Part shown: piece after piece, positions 1 to 14,466 of the stretch
Numbering within the stretch: position 1 is the first letter of the stretch
Layout of the letters: each line of letters starts with the position of its first letter
Source: Laetmonice hystrix
Taxonomy: Eukaryota
Direction of reading: 5' to 3'
Length of the DNA: 64,000 nucleotides
Assembly: GCA_965235115.1 (NCBI GenBank)
Contig: OZ249437.1
Coordinates: forward strand, 32,612,001 to 32,676,000
Notes under the pieces: model-generated
What the model was told of the DNA's origin: nothing
The model's input: only the letters and a program-made list of their open reading frames with translations
The model's database searches: none
Program-made: the position numbers and the translations under genes

Positions 1-3000
1 GTCTATTACAGGGCCCGCCTCTCAGTGTCGCCAACTCGTTAAACAACTCCCTGGAAGGTTTTTTTCGGATGTTGTGGCAAGCAAACATAATACTAGATCA
101 TCCCAAAGCCAAACACTAGTCATCACCAAATCCCAGTGCAAGAAACCACACCCGACGTCCTGCGAGAGAGATCTTATCGGCGTCATGATTTCAACTGTTT
201 CCAGGTCACCAGCTAAATTTAAGTCCAGGAAACGGACGTTTGGTGCGTTCAAATTTTACATAGAAATATTCCACACTTGGGCGGCGTAGGAGGTTTTTTT
301 TGTAGCCGCAGTTTGAGCCTACTTGAGACCCAACACTGCAGTCATCTCATTTTTATGATTAATTTATATCGTGATTCACGTGGGGCTGCACAAGATATAA
401 TAACATCTACTGGTGTAAGAGTAGGGAATAAAAAGGACAGGAATATGCCGGGTGCTGGTGACAAGTGCCCATCATGTTGACGGATATTATGTCACACAGC
501 TACCATTACTCCCCCTCTTGGTGTTTTTTTACAACGAGCGTCCATCAATGTCAACAGCGATAAAACAACATTTATGTTAATCATCAGATCTCTGTGAAAT
601 ATAAATGTGTCAGTGTCGCTCTAATTTCATTCGCCTACATCACACATCTAAGTGCTTAATATCCATTTCAGATCTCGATTCTTCAGGATTTGAAAGCTGC
701 GAGAATGCGATCGAAATAATGTTTTTAACTTAGAAGGTATGGACGGAACAGCGGTTATATTTTTGAGCGAGACCATCTCATAAATTTCACACAAAGGGAC
801 ACCTGTTTTAATGCTGGAATAGAATTGACCATCCTTGTATGTATTTTAGATAAGAAGTATGGAATTATGAAATAATAGTCGTCTTCTAAATGAAAGTAAA
901 CGATATTTCTAAAGGAAAGCCTTTCTCATTCACAGATTCAATTTCTATAGAAATCAAACTTATTTTTAGAGAACACAGCCATTCCCAAATGTGCCTATGT
1001 AAATTCCAGAAATTGATATTTTTCTTTGGCGATTTCAAAAAAGATTGATAGTTTTTTTTTCTGTCTGATAATAGAAGCTTTCAAGTCAGTCCTTTCAGGT
1101 CAGGAAAAAGATTTCATCATGTCAGTGTGTGATGGATATTTTTATCTTCTGATAGATTGGCCAGATGTTTATAATCTAAGCTTGTCTGTATTACCAAATG
1201 ATACTGCTGTCAAATGTTTGTACTACAGGGGATTTAGTTAGAATCAACGACCATGAATATTTATGGAGAATCGACACGAGTTTTTAAGTTTGGTTTTCAG
1301 TCTTGGACAGGAAGCACGACAAAGCTGGAGAAACTCAACAAAGAAGTCTGGCAGAGAGGCGACAAGCGTTGCCCGATCCATTTATTTGCTGATGTCATGT
1401 TAGAGGATAGAGACTGAAATTGTTTTGAATTGCCTAGGAAGGATAAATGGACGGCAATAAAATATGAACGCATCTTTTTACATTTTCAAGACAGCTGCTC
1501 AGCCCAGACAGACATTGGAGGGTGACACGAGACCTCTCCCGGGCAGGAATCAAATTGTTTGGGGCGAAAGAAAACCTAGTAATATTCCACCATACCGCCT
1601 TTATTAGTCTTTGATTTATCTTCGACTTGCAAATCAGTAATGAAGTTTCAAATACACTTTAGAAATTAATTTTGCTATTTTTATAGGAGATATCCATTCT
1701 ACATGGTGTCATGGGGCACAGGAGACTGCATATCGTATATTAACTTGGGTACGGTGAGAACCATGAAATACTTTTGTTTTAAATTGCCAATCAAGCATGT
1801 TGTATATTTCATGCCAGCTTCTCAAGAGGATTAGATATTAATTTCATCTGTCTTTAAGCATGACTAATGTTACCTTAAGGCCCGGTAAATTTTATAAGCA
1901 CGCCCTCATTTACCATTTAATGTTGTGCCACACATGGAGTGATCCGGGAAAGAATTGCGGAGAACTCGAAAAGAAACCTTTATGGAGAGACACTATGAGG
2001 GGCGTCAGTGTATAGAGGCTAAATACAACGTACAAGTCAAATTCACCCCGTTAAAATTTCAGAAGGCACAGTGATTTTTAGTGAGGATAGGTAATTGTGT
2101 AGTTTTTTTTATAGGTTTCTCTCATGGTTACCGTTAATTATGATAGGGTACCGCGGCGGTGCCTTGCCATTCACGTTTAGATCGGTCGTTCATCTTCCGC
2201 CAGAAGTCGTGCTCCAGGCAGTGACGTCCGTTCTTGTCTCACATATTATCACAAGACGTCAGGGATTTTAAGACGTAATTATTGGTACGTCCGTGACGTC
2301 ATTCCCAGGTGAAGACGTCAGCCATTTTTTTCTGCAATTTTGAACGTTAAACAGCAAATCTAACCTTGAATTAAAAGAGGCTGAGGCATTTACTAGTTTC
2401 GATATGAATGAAGTGAGGTCGTCCAAAGAGGAGGAACCCCCCTTCCAACTAAAGTCTTGCGGCTCCCAATGAGCACTTAGGAATGATTCGTTACGATGTG
2501 CTGAACGGCCGTCTAATAAAACCGTCGACTGTTCCGTTCATCTTATGAAACCGTCGGCCGTTTTGGCTTGACTTCTGTCAATTCTCCGTCAGCCACACGG
2601 ACCCAAGGTGACCTTGTCGACCAGAAGATTATGTAGCGCTGACCTTTGTTAAGTGACTTTTAGATAATTTTACGCCAAGTCTAGATCGGCGATTTTATGA
2701 ACTAGCGATGATTCATGCATGTAGTTGTACGAATGTGACGTCTAGTTTGTGAGATAAATGGCTTAAATGTGATTGGAATCAAGATTTCCTAATGCCATCC
2801 TTTCCTTTTACTTGGTAGAGGGCAGAGGAAGGCGAGGCAGGCAGTATTTGAATAGAAATGCCATTTGCCAATGTGTAGTATAATTTAGTCGTTTGAGAGA
2901 AACATATTGTTACATTGCCTAGAATATCATACAGTCCTGACTAGAATTGATTTTCATCTCAGGACAAATGCAGAGAGCTTTAGAAAAATATTGAGTCAAA

Positions 3001-6000
3001 GGACATGTAATCAATGTGAGGTTAGTTCTATTGATAAATCGTTCCGTCGCGATAAATGGAATGAGACGTGCCTCAAATCATACTGTAATTATTGAGCCGT
3101 ATTTGCTGCAGAGAAAACATTGCTTGAATAGGCATGCAGCTGGAGATTGGCTTAACTGCCTAATAAATTTAAGGTTTTAACTTTCAAAATATTGTTGTGT
3201 AAGAAAAGAAGTAGCAGCCTGCAACTTTGTGTTTTCTGAAAGTAATTTCCATCAGTAGGAAGACGTTTTTTTCTAGCTTATTAGAAACGAAGGGTATTGG
3301 AGGACTGCGTTCCTTTATATTTCCAGATGGTGTTTTTCCTCTCCCTGGCTCATCTTTAAACGTTGACGTTGATTTTCAGATATTGATGTGGAATGTTAAA
3401 GACCCAGTTTCACAATAAATAGCCGTCGGACGATGGCCATGTCAGTAATGCGGTGGCAGATTTAAAATGGCGGACCGCTGATGAATTTTGAAATGGTATC
3501 TCGAACATCACTGCTGCATTTGTAGATTTGAATAAGGACACCCGGGATTTGAAGTGGAAGATTTGTTGGCCCAAGTATTCCCGTCATATCAGCATTTGAT
3601 TGACAAGATCAGAGGTCGTGTTTAAGTCGTTGTCGACCTGGAATGCTGCATTCACATGCTAATAACGGACATCTGAAGGAGGTATTAACTGGTCGTCTTG
3701 GCAACCAACCACCATCGTGTGTTGTGCTCCTCCTATGTTGTGTATCCGTTGTAACGCGGTAGTCTTTCGGCCACTCGGCTTTTAGAGAGAGGTGTTGAAG
3801 ACTCTGAGAAATGAAAGAGGCATGGAACTGCAACTAACCGTCCTACCCCCCCCCCCCCCCCCCATCAACTCCCCCCCCCCCCCAACCAGGGCACGGGAAT
3901 CGGGACCCAGGACCCCACACTGAATGCACACTGATTACGTAACATCAGTACAATCCTCCATCATTTACTGGTGCATTAAGTTATTATAAATGAGCGCACC
4001 GCCTCGAGTTCACGCTTGATTTATGTCTACTTACATCAGAACAAGAAAAAGTTCAGGCGGGTCACTTCCCGCTTTTTGTCTCCCCCTCAGGCATGACCCA
4101 CAACGCTTTCATCCTGGCTCGGCTTGACCCAGTTTTTAACTAGGGAAAGCGGCTTTTCGTTTTGACCCCTCATCAGGCCCTGATTAGCTACAGGGAAGAA
4201 CCGTAGCTTGTTGAATGAGTGCCATTTAAGATGATCATGAAAAACTACAAATTCATTATGCTTTATGGAAGAAGACGCACACGTTTGACATCACCAAAGG
4301 CCATCGTCCTCCCTTCTATGAAAAACGATTTCCAATAAACATCTCAGTTGTGGAATATAGAGGATGGCGTTCTTTATTATTAGAGTCTGTGTCGGCGTTA
4401 AGAAACGGACCAGGCACAGAAGTGGAAAGTGCTGTTGTTGTTTTTACTTGAACTTAATAAATTGGGTAAAGAATGATGGGTCCCACTGTTGTCAAGTAAG
4501 GAGCTTGGGCAATTCGAACTCAGCAATAATTTAGCCTAGCTAGAACCGCTCTGCTTGATAGTTGGTAGCGAAGGGTCCGTAAAAATGTTGAGTTGTATTC
4601 TTGAATAAGATGTTCCAGGTATCAGTATACGTCTTACAGTACGTGTTAGAGACGGATGTAATCTGTACATCATAACTTTCTTACCAGAAAGAAAAAGTTC
4701 TTTTGATCAGTACGGCAAAGTGTAAAGTTCTAGCTGTGTACACGTATAGATCTGGAGGTTTTTCAGATCTCCAGCCAGGAGGTTGACAGGTATGAAGAAG
4801 TGGTATTTCGGTTATGGCATGCATAAGTAGTGTGTATATTTGACGATTGAACACGTCACAGTGGTGTTTGTATCGTGGCCTCGATGATGGGTGTGTTTCA
4901 TAAACCGTTAGTCGTCACTGTCGGACGTTGACGACATTGGCAGGACTGTAGTCGCCCGATCTGTAGTAAATTAGATTTCATACAAATTGTTGCCCACAGA
5001 AGTGTTGTTAGTTAGTAAACCTACGATTTTGTCACACGATACCTGTTACGTCCTAGGTTCTGTCGTGAAAAGTATAGTTGTTCATGTAGGCTAATCAAAG
5101 GAGCGGTACACTTCCGGTTCTGGTTGTTGCTGAATTTGATGCAGCTTCACACTCGGCTAAAGTTCCTACAGTTACGCGACGTTTTTTTACATCCCATTTT
5201 TTAATGAAACCGCAGGAAACACATCGGTAGGCTAGTAGTTCCGATCGTGTTTACAATTTCATTAAAAAAGACTGTTTCTATGGGAACTATCCCAGAAATG
5301 GATGTTTTACTCAATTTCCAAGGGTAAGGCACTCAAATTCATAAATTTTCTTCCAGAACAACAGTATTTTTGGCTTTGTCATTTCAGTTTTTAGAGGCTT
5401 TTCTGAGATCCACTGCAGCCCTATTAAAATAAACCCACTCTTTGAAAAGTCATGTGTCCTTAACAGTTAATCCTTTGTACATAAAGTTGTTGTTGATTCC
5501 AAAAAATGACGGGTCGAGTGCTTTCTTTTCAAGATATACCACATGCATCCAATGGGAACCTTGGAATTGGTCATTCTGCACGATTTTTGACCAGATGGAC
5601 TGTTCGACAAGATAAAGGGCACAGCCTGTTGTCCTTGGTCTGAGCCTTTAAAACATATACTGTCTGAAAACGGACAAGAACATCTTCTGAGGGCCCATTA
5701 TAACGGAATAAAGAAAAGAAACTCACAAAGACAGCGTATACAATTCTGATAAAAACGAGGGTCGTCAAGTGCATGGTTCATAGAAAGGGAAATCACGAGG
5801 TCGACGTCTTTTTAGTTCAAATCTGGTGTATGTATACTTATTGTCACTATCTGAGCATCAAAGAGAACGTCATCACAGGAGCAGTGCTAATCAGGGGCCA
5901 TGTGGGTATTGTATAGTGTGTGGTGTAGCAGGTAGCTATTGTAAGGCTTGGTTGATTCTTTTTTTGTTTCCACTCTAGACAAGGAAGGAATTAAAAGGTG

Positions 6001-7469
6001 TTGACTGTAAGTCTTGAATCGCTTATTTCAGGCTTCGTATAACCACATCGTTTTTCGGTGGTTTGTATTTTTAGAGCAACGCGAAAACAAAAAGCCAAGT
6101 GATGATGGAAGAAGTCTACCGACAGTGAGTTCGGGTATGAAAACCCACAGCTACGCCATGTGGGGGGGGGGGGGGGGGCATAATTTAGTTATAGCTTGAA
6201 AGCATGAAGGACATGTGAAATGTTAATATTTTCTGTTCCTTCTAAAGAGCTGGGGTTGGTAGTCTAAAAGCCTGGCCACATAGGATGCGTGAACAGGGCT
6301 GGCCACACTGGATGCGTCTCCGATCCGATCAGGCGTACGGCACGTCAAGAGTCGGATGCGCCAATCTCCGCAAAGTCCAAGTTCGTTCAGCACACGTCCG
6401 CCGCATGCGATTTTTGTGGTGTTGCCGTTGCTGAACTACTTAATAGGAGAATCACCGGGAATGCAGGAGGAAATCCCTATGTTTGGGATGTGTTTCCCTG
6501 CCAGCAATGCTGACCAATGTATGTTTTTCTTCCAATTCCTGCCTCTGCTTATTTGGGCCTATCTGATGAACCCACATTCTTCGTTGCTTTCGCTTTCTCA
6601 AGTGTAGAAGAGGCAGGAGTTCAATATCATCGTCGGAACAACTCGAATTTTTAGTCGATATTTCGCCCCCTCCCCAGAATTATAACTCTAGGCCTATTCC
6701 CCGCCTAAAATATAACACCTATTCTCATTGGAAGAGAGAGAAAAATTGGGTCGAGCCGTAGGGTGAGATTGCATCCTGTCTAGCCAGGCATGAGTCTTTG
6801 ACGTATGGGGAAAAATGGTGTCGTGACGGAGACGTGGCGAACACGTATCCTGTGTGGCCGGGCCTTTATAAAATAGCACAGTGTACACACGGTTACACGC
6901 ATCTTTATGTAAGTGTGTGTGTCGCAAAGATGTTCATTTACATCGGGAGTGCCAGTATTCCTTACTACTTCTGAAATAGTAATTGGAAATGAGGCCTGTT
7001 CATAAGAGATTAATTATATTTTTATTAGAACAGGAAGGAGCCAGTCTATAAAAGTTTGAAAGCATCCGTATCAAAATGTAATGTGCACAGATCGCATGCC
7101 AAAGCAATATTAAACGTGGTGCAAGCTTTATTATATTGAGTTCATATTATAAAATTTGGCTTTGCATTGTACACATAGTTATAACTATGTGTATAGTATA
7201 AATACCGCAGTTGATTTCAGTAATATTGTGACTGTACGAGGAAAGAAAATGGTATTGCTAAACGCTCAGTGTTAGTGTCCTAGTTTCACCCTTCATAAAA
7301 ATGTGTAATGTCTGTTATGAAAACTAAATATACATAAATTTGCGCCTTTACCTTGAAGCAACCAACCTCAAGATAAGGTTGATAGAAAGATGCCACTTGT
7401 AAATTTATTGATTTAGTGGCAATCAGTTCGTTTAAATATCTCAATGTTTATGTACATGTTTATGTACAT

Positions 7470-8342
7470 GTCCCCGTGTACAGTAAATAAACTGGAGACT
7501 GATGGACAATGTGTAGAGGTAGTGAAGGTGAGGGGAGGGCTGTGAATGGTTTGTCCTGTCCCCGTGTACAGTAAATAAACTGGAGACTGATGGACAATGT
7601 GTAGAGGAGGGGGTGAAGGTGAGGGGAGGGTTGTGAATGGTTTGTCCTGTCCCCGTGTACAGTAAATAAACTGGAGACTGATGCACAATGTGTAGATGAA
7701 GGGAAGGTGAGGGGAGGGTTGTGAATGGTTTGTCCTGTCCCCGTGTACAGTAAATAAACTGGAGACTGATGCACAATGTGTAGATGAAGGGAAGGTGAGG
7801 GGAGGGTTGTGAATGGTTTGTTCTGTCCCCATGTACAGTAAATAAACTGGAGACTGATGGACAATGTGTAGATGAGGTAGTGAAGGTGAGGGGAGGGTTG
7901 TGAATGGTTTGTCCTGTCCCCGTGTACAGTAAATAAACTGGAGACTGATGGACAATGTGTAGAGGTGGTGAAGGTGAGGGGAGGGCTGTGAATGGTTTGT
8001 TCTCTCCCCGTGTACAGTAAATAAACTGGAGACTGATGGACAATGTGTAGATGAGGTAGTGAAGGTGAGGGGAGGGTTGTGAATGGTTTGTCCTGTCCCC
8101 GTGTACGGTAAATAAACTGGAGACTGATGCACAATGTGTAGATGAAGGGAAGGTGAGGGGAGGGTTGTGAATGGTTTGTTCTGTCCCCATGTACAGTAAA
8201 TAAACTGGAGACTGATGCACAATGTGTAGATGAAGGGAAGGTGAGGGGAGGGTTGTGAATGGTTTGTTCTGTCCCCATGTACAGTAAATAAACTGGAGAC
8301 TGATGGACAATGTGTAGATGAAGGGAAGGTGAGGGGAGGGTT
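7470..8342. repeat. Minisatellite, unit about 88-91 bp, about 10 copies
   Basis: Repeated TCCCCGTGTACAGTAAATAAACTGGAGACTGATG(G/C)ACAATGTGTAGA...GAAGGTGAGGGGAGGGTTGTGAATGGTTTGTCCTG; successive units start at 7471, 7559 and 7650. Confidence 0.97.
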
Positions 8343-9666
8343 GCCGAGTCAGGGGACGTGACCTCAGAGTTGATGGACGCGGCTACACCTAGGCCGAACG
8401 TAGATCTATAACATGTCAGGATGAATAACCTCTGAGTATAACACCCAACGGGAGACCTCGGTAAGGAGGGGACGAATGTCTTTATAAATGATTTAGGTAG
8501 GGAAAAAAGGAACCGGGTAAAGGCGGTGGCTGAAGAAAATCGATATTCGTAACGTTTCAAATAAACTTTGACTAAACCTATCTAAAGTCACTGAAGTCAC
8601 TCGGAAAAAAATCCAAATATTGGTGAACAAAGGGTTAACGTGGAATGACTGTTTTAGAACTGAAGGGCTGTTTCTAGGCTGTGTCTACAGACAGTTTCGT
8701 ATATCAGGTGGCAAGGAAAAGCTTGATGAAATAAGCACCTTAAGACATGTACTGTCAAGAACGTGTGTGTGAAGTGTTTTCCCGCATGTAAAAGTGTTGT
8801 TGATCAAAGGTGAGTGTGATTTACTGTCAGTTTTGCTGACGTCATTGGTAGTCAATCAAGCATTCAACAACTCAACACACCAAAAATATCATCCAAGTGT
8901 TTTTTGTTTCCGACATTTCAATAATACTGTTTGAGAAGACTTGAGAAGTCTTGGAAGATGTTCTCCCGGGTGGGGAGTGGGGTCGTTCACAGACAGCGGT
9001 TGGCGTATATTACCCCAGGGTGATTTATCACGTTTGTCTTTTTCCCCGTTTATTTTGTGTGTGTATATTCTAATGAGATTGAAGAGCACATGGCAGTTTT
9101 CCTTGCTGATCACATTGGAATGGAATCTTTCATTAGTGAGTTGTTCAGCTCCCACAAAACGGATTGGTCCGAGGGCCGTTTGTGATAGGGAAGGCCTCCG
9201 AGATGTTTCATCACGAACAGGTCGGCCTGGCAGGCTGGGCCATCTTAATCAACCTCGAGTGTAAAACACAAAACAGCTTTTTATCAAGCGGCAAACTCAA
9301 GATGTCTGAAGTCGGTATATCTTCTCAGTTTCTGCTGACATGATAAAATAGCAAGCTGTCGGGACGTCCGCCGCGTTATGGAGTATTTTTTGGAATGCCA
9401 TTTAGAGAAAAAGATGCTTGTCGGTATGGGCATTTTTTAGGTCTTGATGATTGGCGTTTCAGAGACTCTATCAAAGTAATGTTACAGAGGCCTAGGGGCT
9501 GAGGGTTGAACATAATGGCGATTTTTACTGAGACCACTGCATGAAGGCAGCTGGAGCCAAGGTCAAGAAGGGGAGCCATGGGAAGTGGTGATACTTCCTT
9601 GACACAAATCAACAATCTGACTTAGGGCCTTACAAATCATGGTGGCCGGGCCAGCAATTCCTGATA

Positions 9667-10582
9667 CCCTAGTCACACTAGAGGCGGAATGAGCCAGAAT
9701 GCTGTCGGAATGAAAATTCTTGGTATATTCCTGGATATTCGAAGTGCATTCTAAAAGTTCTGACTGCATTCTGAGTGCATTCCAAATATTCGGGCCCATT
9801 CTTGTGGCCGGCCCGAATGTTTTGCTCATGCTCAAAACTTTCGAGGTGCATTCGAAGGGGAAAAATATCGAACGGCATTCGAAGTGTATTCTAAATGCAC
9901 TCTGACTGTATTCTAAATATTCTTACGGCATTCCAACAGCATTCGAAACATTCTGATCGCATTCGAGGGAGAATCGAAACGGCAAGCCACTTCAAATCCT
10001 GCCAGAATGTCCCGAATGCGCCTCGAATGAGCCGGAATGCACCTCGAATGCATCTCGATTGCTGCCGGAATCTATACTCTCATGACATTCGTGTTACATT
10101 CTATGTACATTCGAAGTGCATTCTAAGTGTTCGAGCTGCATTCTGTTTGAATTTTTGGACGTTCGAACCATATTCGGCGGCCATTCCGGGAGCGTTCTGA
10201 CTGCATTTGAGGTGAATTCGTACAGCATTCGAGGCACCTTCCAACCAGACATCGGGCGGTATTTGGGCACCAATCGAACCGCACTCGTACGGCATTCGAG
10301 GTGCATTCTAAATATTCTGACTGCATTCTAACAATATTCTAAATATTCCTACTGTGTTCCAACTACATTCGAGCTGCATTCGAGCTAATACACCCGGAAT
10401 GTACAAGAATCATTCTAGGCGGGTTCGAAGTGCATTCTAAGTATTCGAACGCCATTCTTACAAAGCTGTAAGAATTTTGGTCAACTTGAAATTCCCTCCC
10501 GAATGTGGCGCGAATTTTGAGAATTCTTCATTCCGGCTGGTTCTGCTTGATTCCTGCTGATTCCGAATAAGTGTGACGGGGG
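9667..10582. mobile_element. Non-autonomous TIR DNA transposon (MITE) with an interior built of CATTCGA/GCATTC-type short repeats
   Basis: Left end TACCCTAGTCACACTAGAGGCGGAAT; the right end reverse-complements to TACCCCCGTCACACTTATTCGGAAT. The flanks parse as either a TA duplication (CCC termini) or a TGA 3-bp duplication (TACCC termini). No coding capacity. Confidence 0.75.
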
Positions 10583-13374
10583 TATGAGCAGGCAGAAGCA
10601 CGTATTGCAGCAAGGCAACAGTCCCAGTCTCATGCAGGGCCCAGAGCCAACGTGACGTTTCCATTGACCGCCCCGATCACAGTTTCTGGCTTTAAAGACA
10701 TTAGAGTTAAAGTTTTGCCTCTTTGACAATCCATTTCTCCTCGATCATCAGAAGACCCGAGTTTCAAACAGATTCACCTGCGTGAACTTCCCTCACCCCG
10801 GGACCGACCGTACCTTTGGATTGTAAGTGGTCCCTTCTCGATCAGCTCGTCCCGGGACAAACCCCAGTATGTCCGGCCCCATTTCCGGGATTGTCTGCGC
10901 AAGCACCTCTCCCATTTATCTCATGATTAATGTGGCTCCCCTCAGCCTTGGAGCACGGCCCTAGGGAGAGATTAAGAGTTACAAGACAAGGATCTTGTAG
11001 GCGAAGGAGACCGTAGCTTTCACAGGCAGTCAGGAGACGGAACGTTGGAATTCCCATCGATGATATAAAATTCTTACTAGATCTTAGCTATACGATTATA
11101 GAATAGAATTTTCAGACGAAAACCTCAGCTGCATGAATAAACTTCGCACTTGCAGTATATTTCATCGCTCTTGTAAACCCTACTATACAGGGTGAGTACA
11201 AAAACATGTACTCAAAAATAGGGTGATGAATCAAGATCAAGCTCAGATCCGTCGGGTGTACAATGGTCAGATGGGAGTCGGGAGTTGGGCACAGTCGTGA
11301 CAGTTTGCAGCGGGCTTTATACTACCTTAAAACCTAACCCCAGTGCACCACCTCTTTTCGTATGAGTAATTGTATGATATAACTTGTAATAATAAGGAAT
11401 AGTAGAGTTCTTCAACCATTGTGATAGAACAGTCCTGCCTTGGGCGTCACTATAAAAGTGTATAGGCCTACCTACACACTGCATCAAGAGTTACGTATAG
11501 CGGGTTTTATCAAACAGATTGCATGTTCATCTCTGGGGTGTTAAATAAAACTACCTTTAATTGCCTTAAAATTGTGGTAATGGGAGAGGATCGGCTAAAA
11601 GTCGTCGACTTTTGACATTTGTATTTTCGACTTAACTTTCTCCTAAGATTGACTATAATATAGTCGTTATCTTTGAAACTCATTTCTTCTGAGCGGTGTG
11701 CCAAAACTTTGAGCTCAGTCAGGTTCATAGGCTTTGTGACGTATGAAGAGAACGACGCTTGTAATATTAAAAAATACTTCTGTGTTGCTCCACTGTGCAG
11801 CAGGGTGGAATGTATATTTATAAACGCTTAAAGGTTGGACAAGTTTAAGAAACACATCGCCGTGTCGAGAGTGTGTGCGACAAAAGGGGAAGATGTTGAA
11901 GTTTAGATGTGGGTGAAATGAATGTCTGCAAGCACACATTTTATAGTCGTTTGAGCCACAAAGTGTCGGAATGTACCACAATGTTTTACATATTACAGAG
12001 ATCGGCAGATCAGCATTCATTGTCGTATGGTAATTGTTGTGGTCTGGTAATTGTCGCTGTGCCAGTCATCAAACGGTACGCTTCTATCTGTTTCATGTCC
12101 GCGGACACCAAGGATTGCAATGGTAGTTTAGGTAGTTATGAAATTCTTTCAGGCGATTTTCACCCATACAAACTGCACGTGACCACGAGTCCGATTTATA
12201 AATGTAATTAAATTTTAAAAAGGTTACATTTTCATGAAGAATCGGAGGAACCACATTGTGTTTCACGATAAGTTTCATGTAATATAATATTAGGATCACG
12301 AGTTTCTTTCCCCAAAGCGCCGGGACTGAATCTCTGGGTTCTTTTTTATTGTTTTAGCTTGAGTGAATATATTGAAAGTCTGGAGTTTACGGCTCATGAC
12401 GGGCCGTGTAATGTATGGTCAGGAAAGTGCCCGTGGATGATAAATTTCTCCAATGATTTAATCGAATTTATCAAGATAATTGAGAATCATTAACATTTGG
12501 AGTGGCCCAGGAGAGATGCGGTATTGGTAGATGCTGAGATGGCTTCCCAGGCTGCCAACCCGCAGACATAGCCGTATGCCTGTACTGTACTGTAGGTAAA
12601 ACTTCAAGCAGATTGCTGTCCCGTAAATTGTAGGATCTAACGTCTTGAAAACTAAAAACTTGAAAGTGTGAGGATATCGTGGATAACTATATGTTTGGAA
12701 TCAGAAAGAAAGATATTCTGATAGTCCTAAACACCATTTCAGCGGGAATTTTAATAGGCTAATCCAGGCCATTGTTCTCGAGACGTCCATACGATTTCTG
12801 ATTTAAAGGTGGAAATGGCGTACCTCAATAAGTTGGGTTTCCACATTCCGATCATGCACTCTATTTCTTAGTTCTACGTCAGCCCCTTTCAAACTCCTTC
12901 TCATGAGACCGGATGAGGGAGCTGAGTGGTGTATTAAAAAGTATTGACATGTGATAGACATGCATAATAAATTATGTGACAGTCGCATCAGTTAGGTCCG
13001 GGCCCCCTAAACTTTTAATAATTTATTTACATGGCAACTTGAGGGAGAGTGTTGAGGCGCTAGATAGGTGAGTAGATATGTATAGGCCTAATATATGCAT
13101 GGAGGGCGGAAGGGAAGGATGACATTTATCTCTATTTACCTTCCCACTCCCTTTATTAGAAATGAGCACGGTACAATTACTGATTGGGCCAAGATTACTG
13201 CCACGATAGACTATCATGGTAGACACGAACACAAGAACAGGTAATGTCTCGGCCACCTGCCAATCGTTCGTTGTTTTAGCCCACGGTCGATGCGGATAAA
13301 CATGTCAGAGGTACAGAGACAGCAGGAAGTGAGACAAATAACAAGCGACCACGCAGGCGTGAAACTTGAGCTCG

Positions 13375-14466
13375 AGTTCCGCTCCTGGCTGGTTCCCTGC
13401 CTCATTGTGTCTTGACCCACCTAGATACTCCTATGATACTCCCCACAGTTCCGCTCCTGGCTGGTTCCCTGCCTCATTGTGTCTTCACCCACCTAGATAC
13501 TCCTATGATACTCCACACAGTTCCGCTCCTGGCTGGTTCCCTGCCTCATTGTGTCTTGACCCACCTAGATACTCCTATGATACTCCCCACAGTTCCGCTC
13601 CTGGCTGGTTCCCTGCCTCATTGTGTCTTCACCCACCTAGATACTCCTATGATACTCCCCACAGTTCCGCTCCTGGCTGGTTCCCTGCCTCATTGTGTCT
13701 TGACCCACCTAGATACTCCTATGATACTCCCCACAGTTCCGCTCCTGCCTGGTTCCCTGCCTCATTGTGTCTTGACCCACCTAGATTACTCCTATGATAC
13801 TCCCCACAGTTCCGCTCCTGGCTGGTTCCCTGCCTCATTGTGTCTTCACCCACCTAGATACTCCTATGATACTCCCCACAGTTCCGCTCCTGGCTGGTTC
13901 CCTGCCTCATTGTGTCTTGACTCACCTAGATACTCCTATGATACTCCCCACAGTTCCGCTCCTGGCTGGTTCCCTGCCTCATTATGTCTTCACCCACCTA
14001 GATACTCCTATGATACTCCCCACAGTTCCGCTCCTGGCTGGTTCCCTGCCTCATTGTGTCTTCACCCACCTAGATACTCCTGTGATACTCCCCGCAGTTC
14101 CGCTCCTGGCTGGTTCCCTGTCTCATTGTATCTTCACCCACCTAGATACTCCTATGATACTCCACACAGTTCCGCTCCTGGCTGGTTCCCTGTCTCATTG
14201 TATCTTCACCCACCTAGATACTCCTATGATACTCCACGCAGTTCCGCTCCTGGCTGGTTCCCTGCCTCATTGTGTCTTGACCCACCTAGATACTCCTATG
14301 ATACTCCACACAGTTCCGCTCCTGGCTGGTTCCCTGTCTCATTGTATCTTCACCCACCTAGATACTCCTATGATACTCCACACAGTTCCGCTCCTGGCTG
14401 GTTCCCTGTCTCATTGTATCTTCACCCACCTAGATACTCCTATGGTACTCCCCACAGTTCCGCTCT
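13375..14466. repeat. Minisatellite, 72-bp unit, about 15 copies
   Basis: Unit AGTTCCGCTCCTGGCTGGTTCCCTGCCTCATTGTGTCTT(G/C)ACCCACCTAGATACTCCTATGATACTCCCCAC; units start at 13375 and 13447; the ORF track shows a 24-aa periodicity. Confidence 0.97.

Noticed and set aside
2460-2550. THAP-like tail peptide EHL...RLIKPSTVPFIL
   Set aside because: The N-terminal cysteines and the CSxHF motif are missing; too short to support.
7413-8560. Long ORFs of 269-366 aa on the minus strand
   Set aside because: They are translations of the 89-bp minisatellite, open in several frames with repetitive peptides.
11186-11215. TACAGGGTGAGTACAAAA, a Tc1/mariner-like terminus
   Set aside because: No matching inverted end was found in the window.
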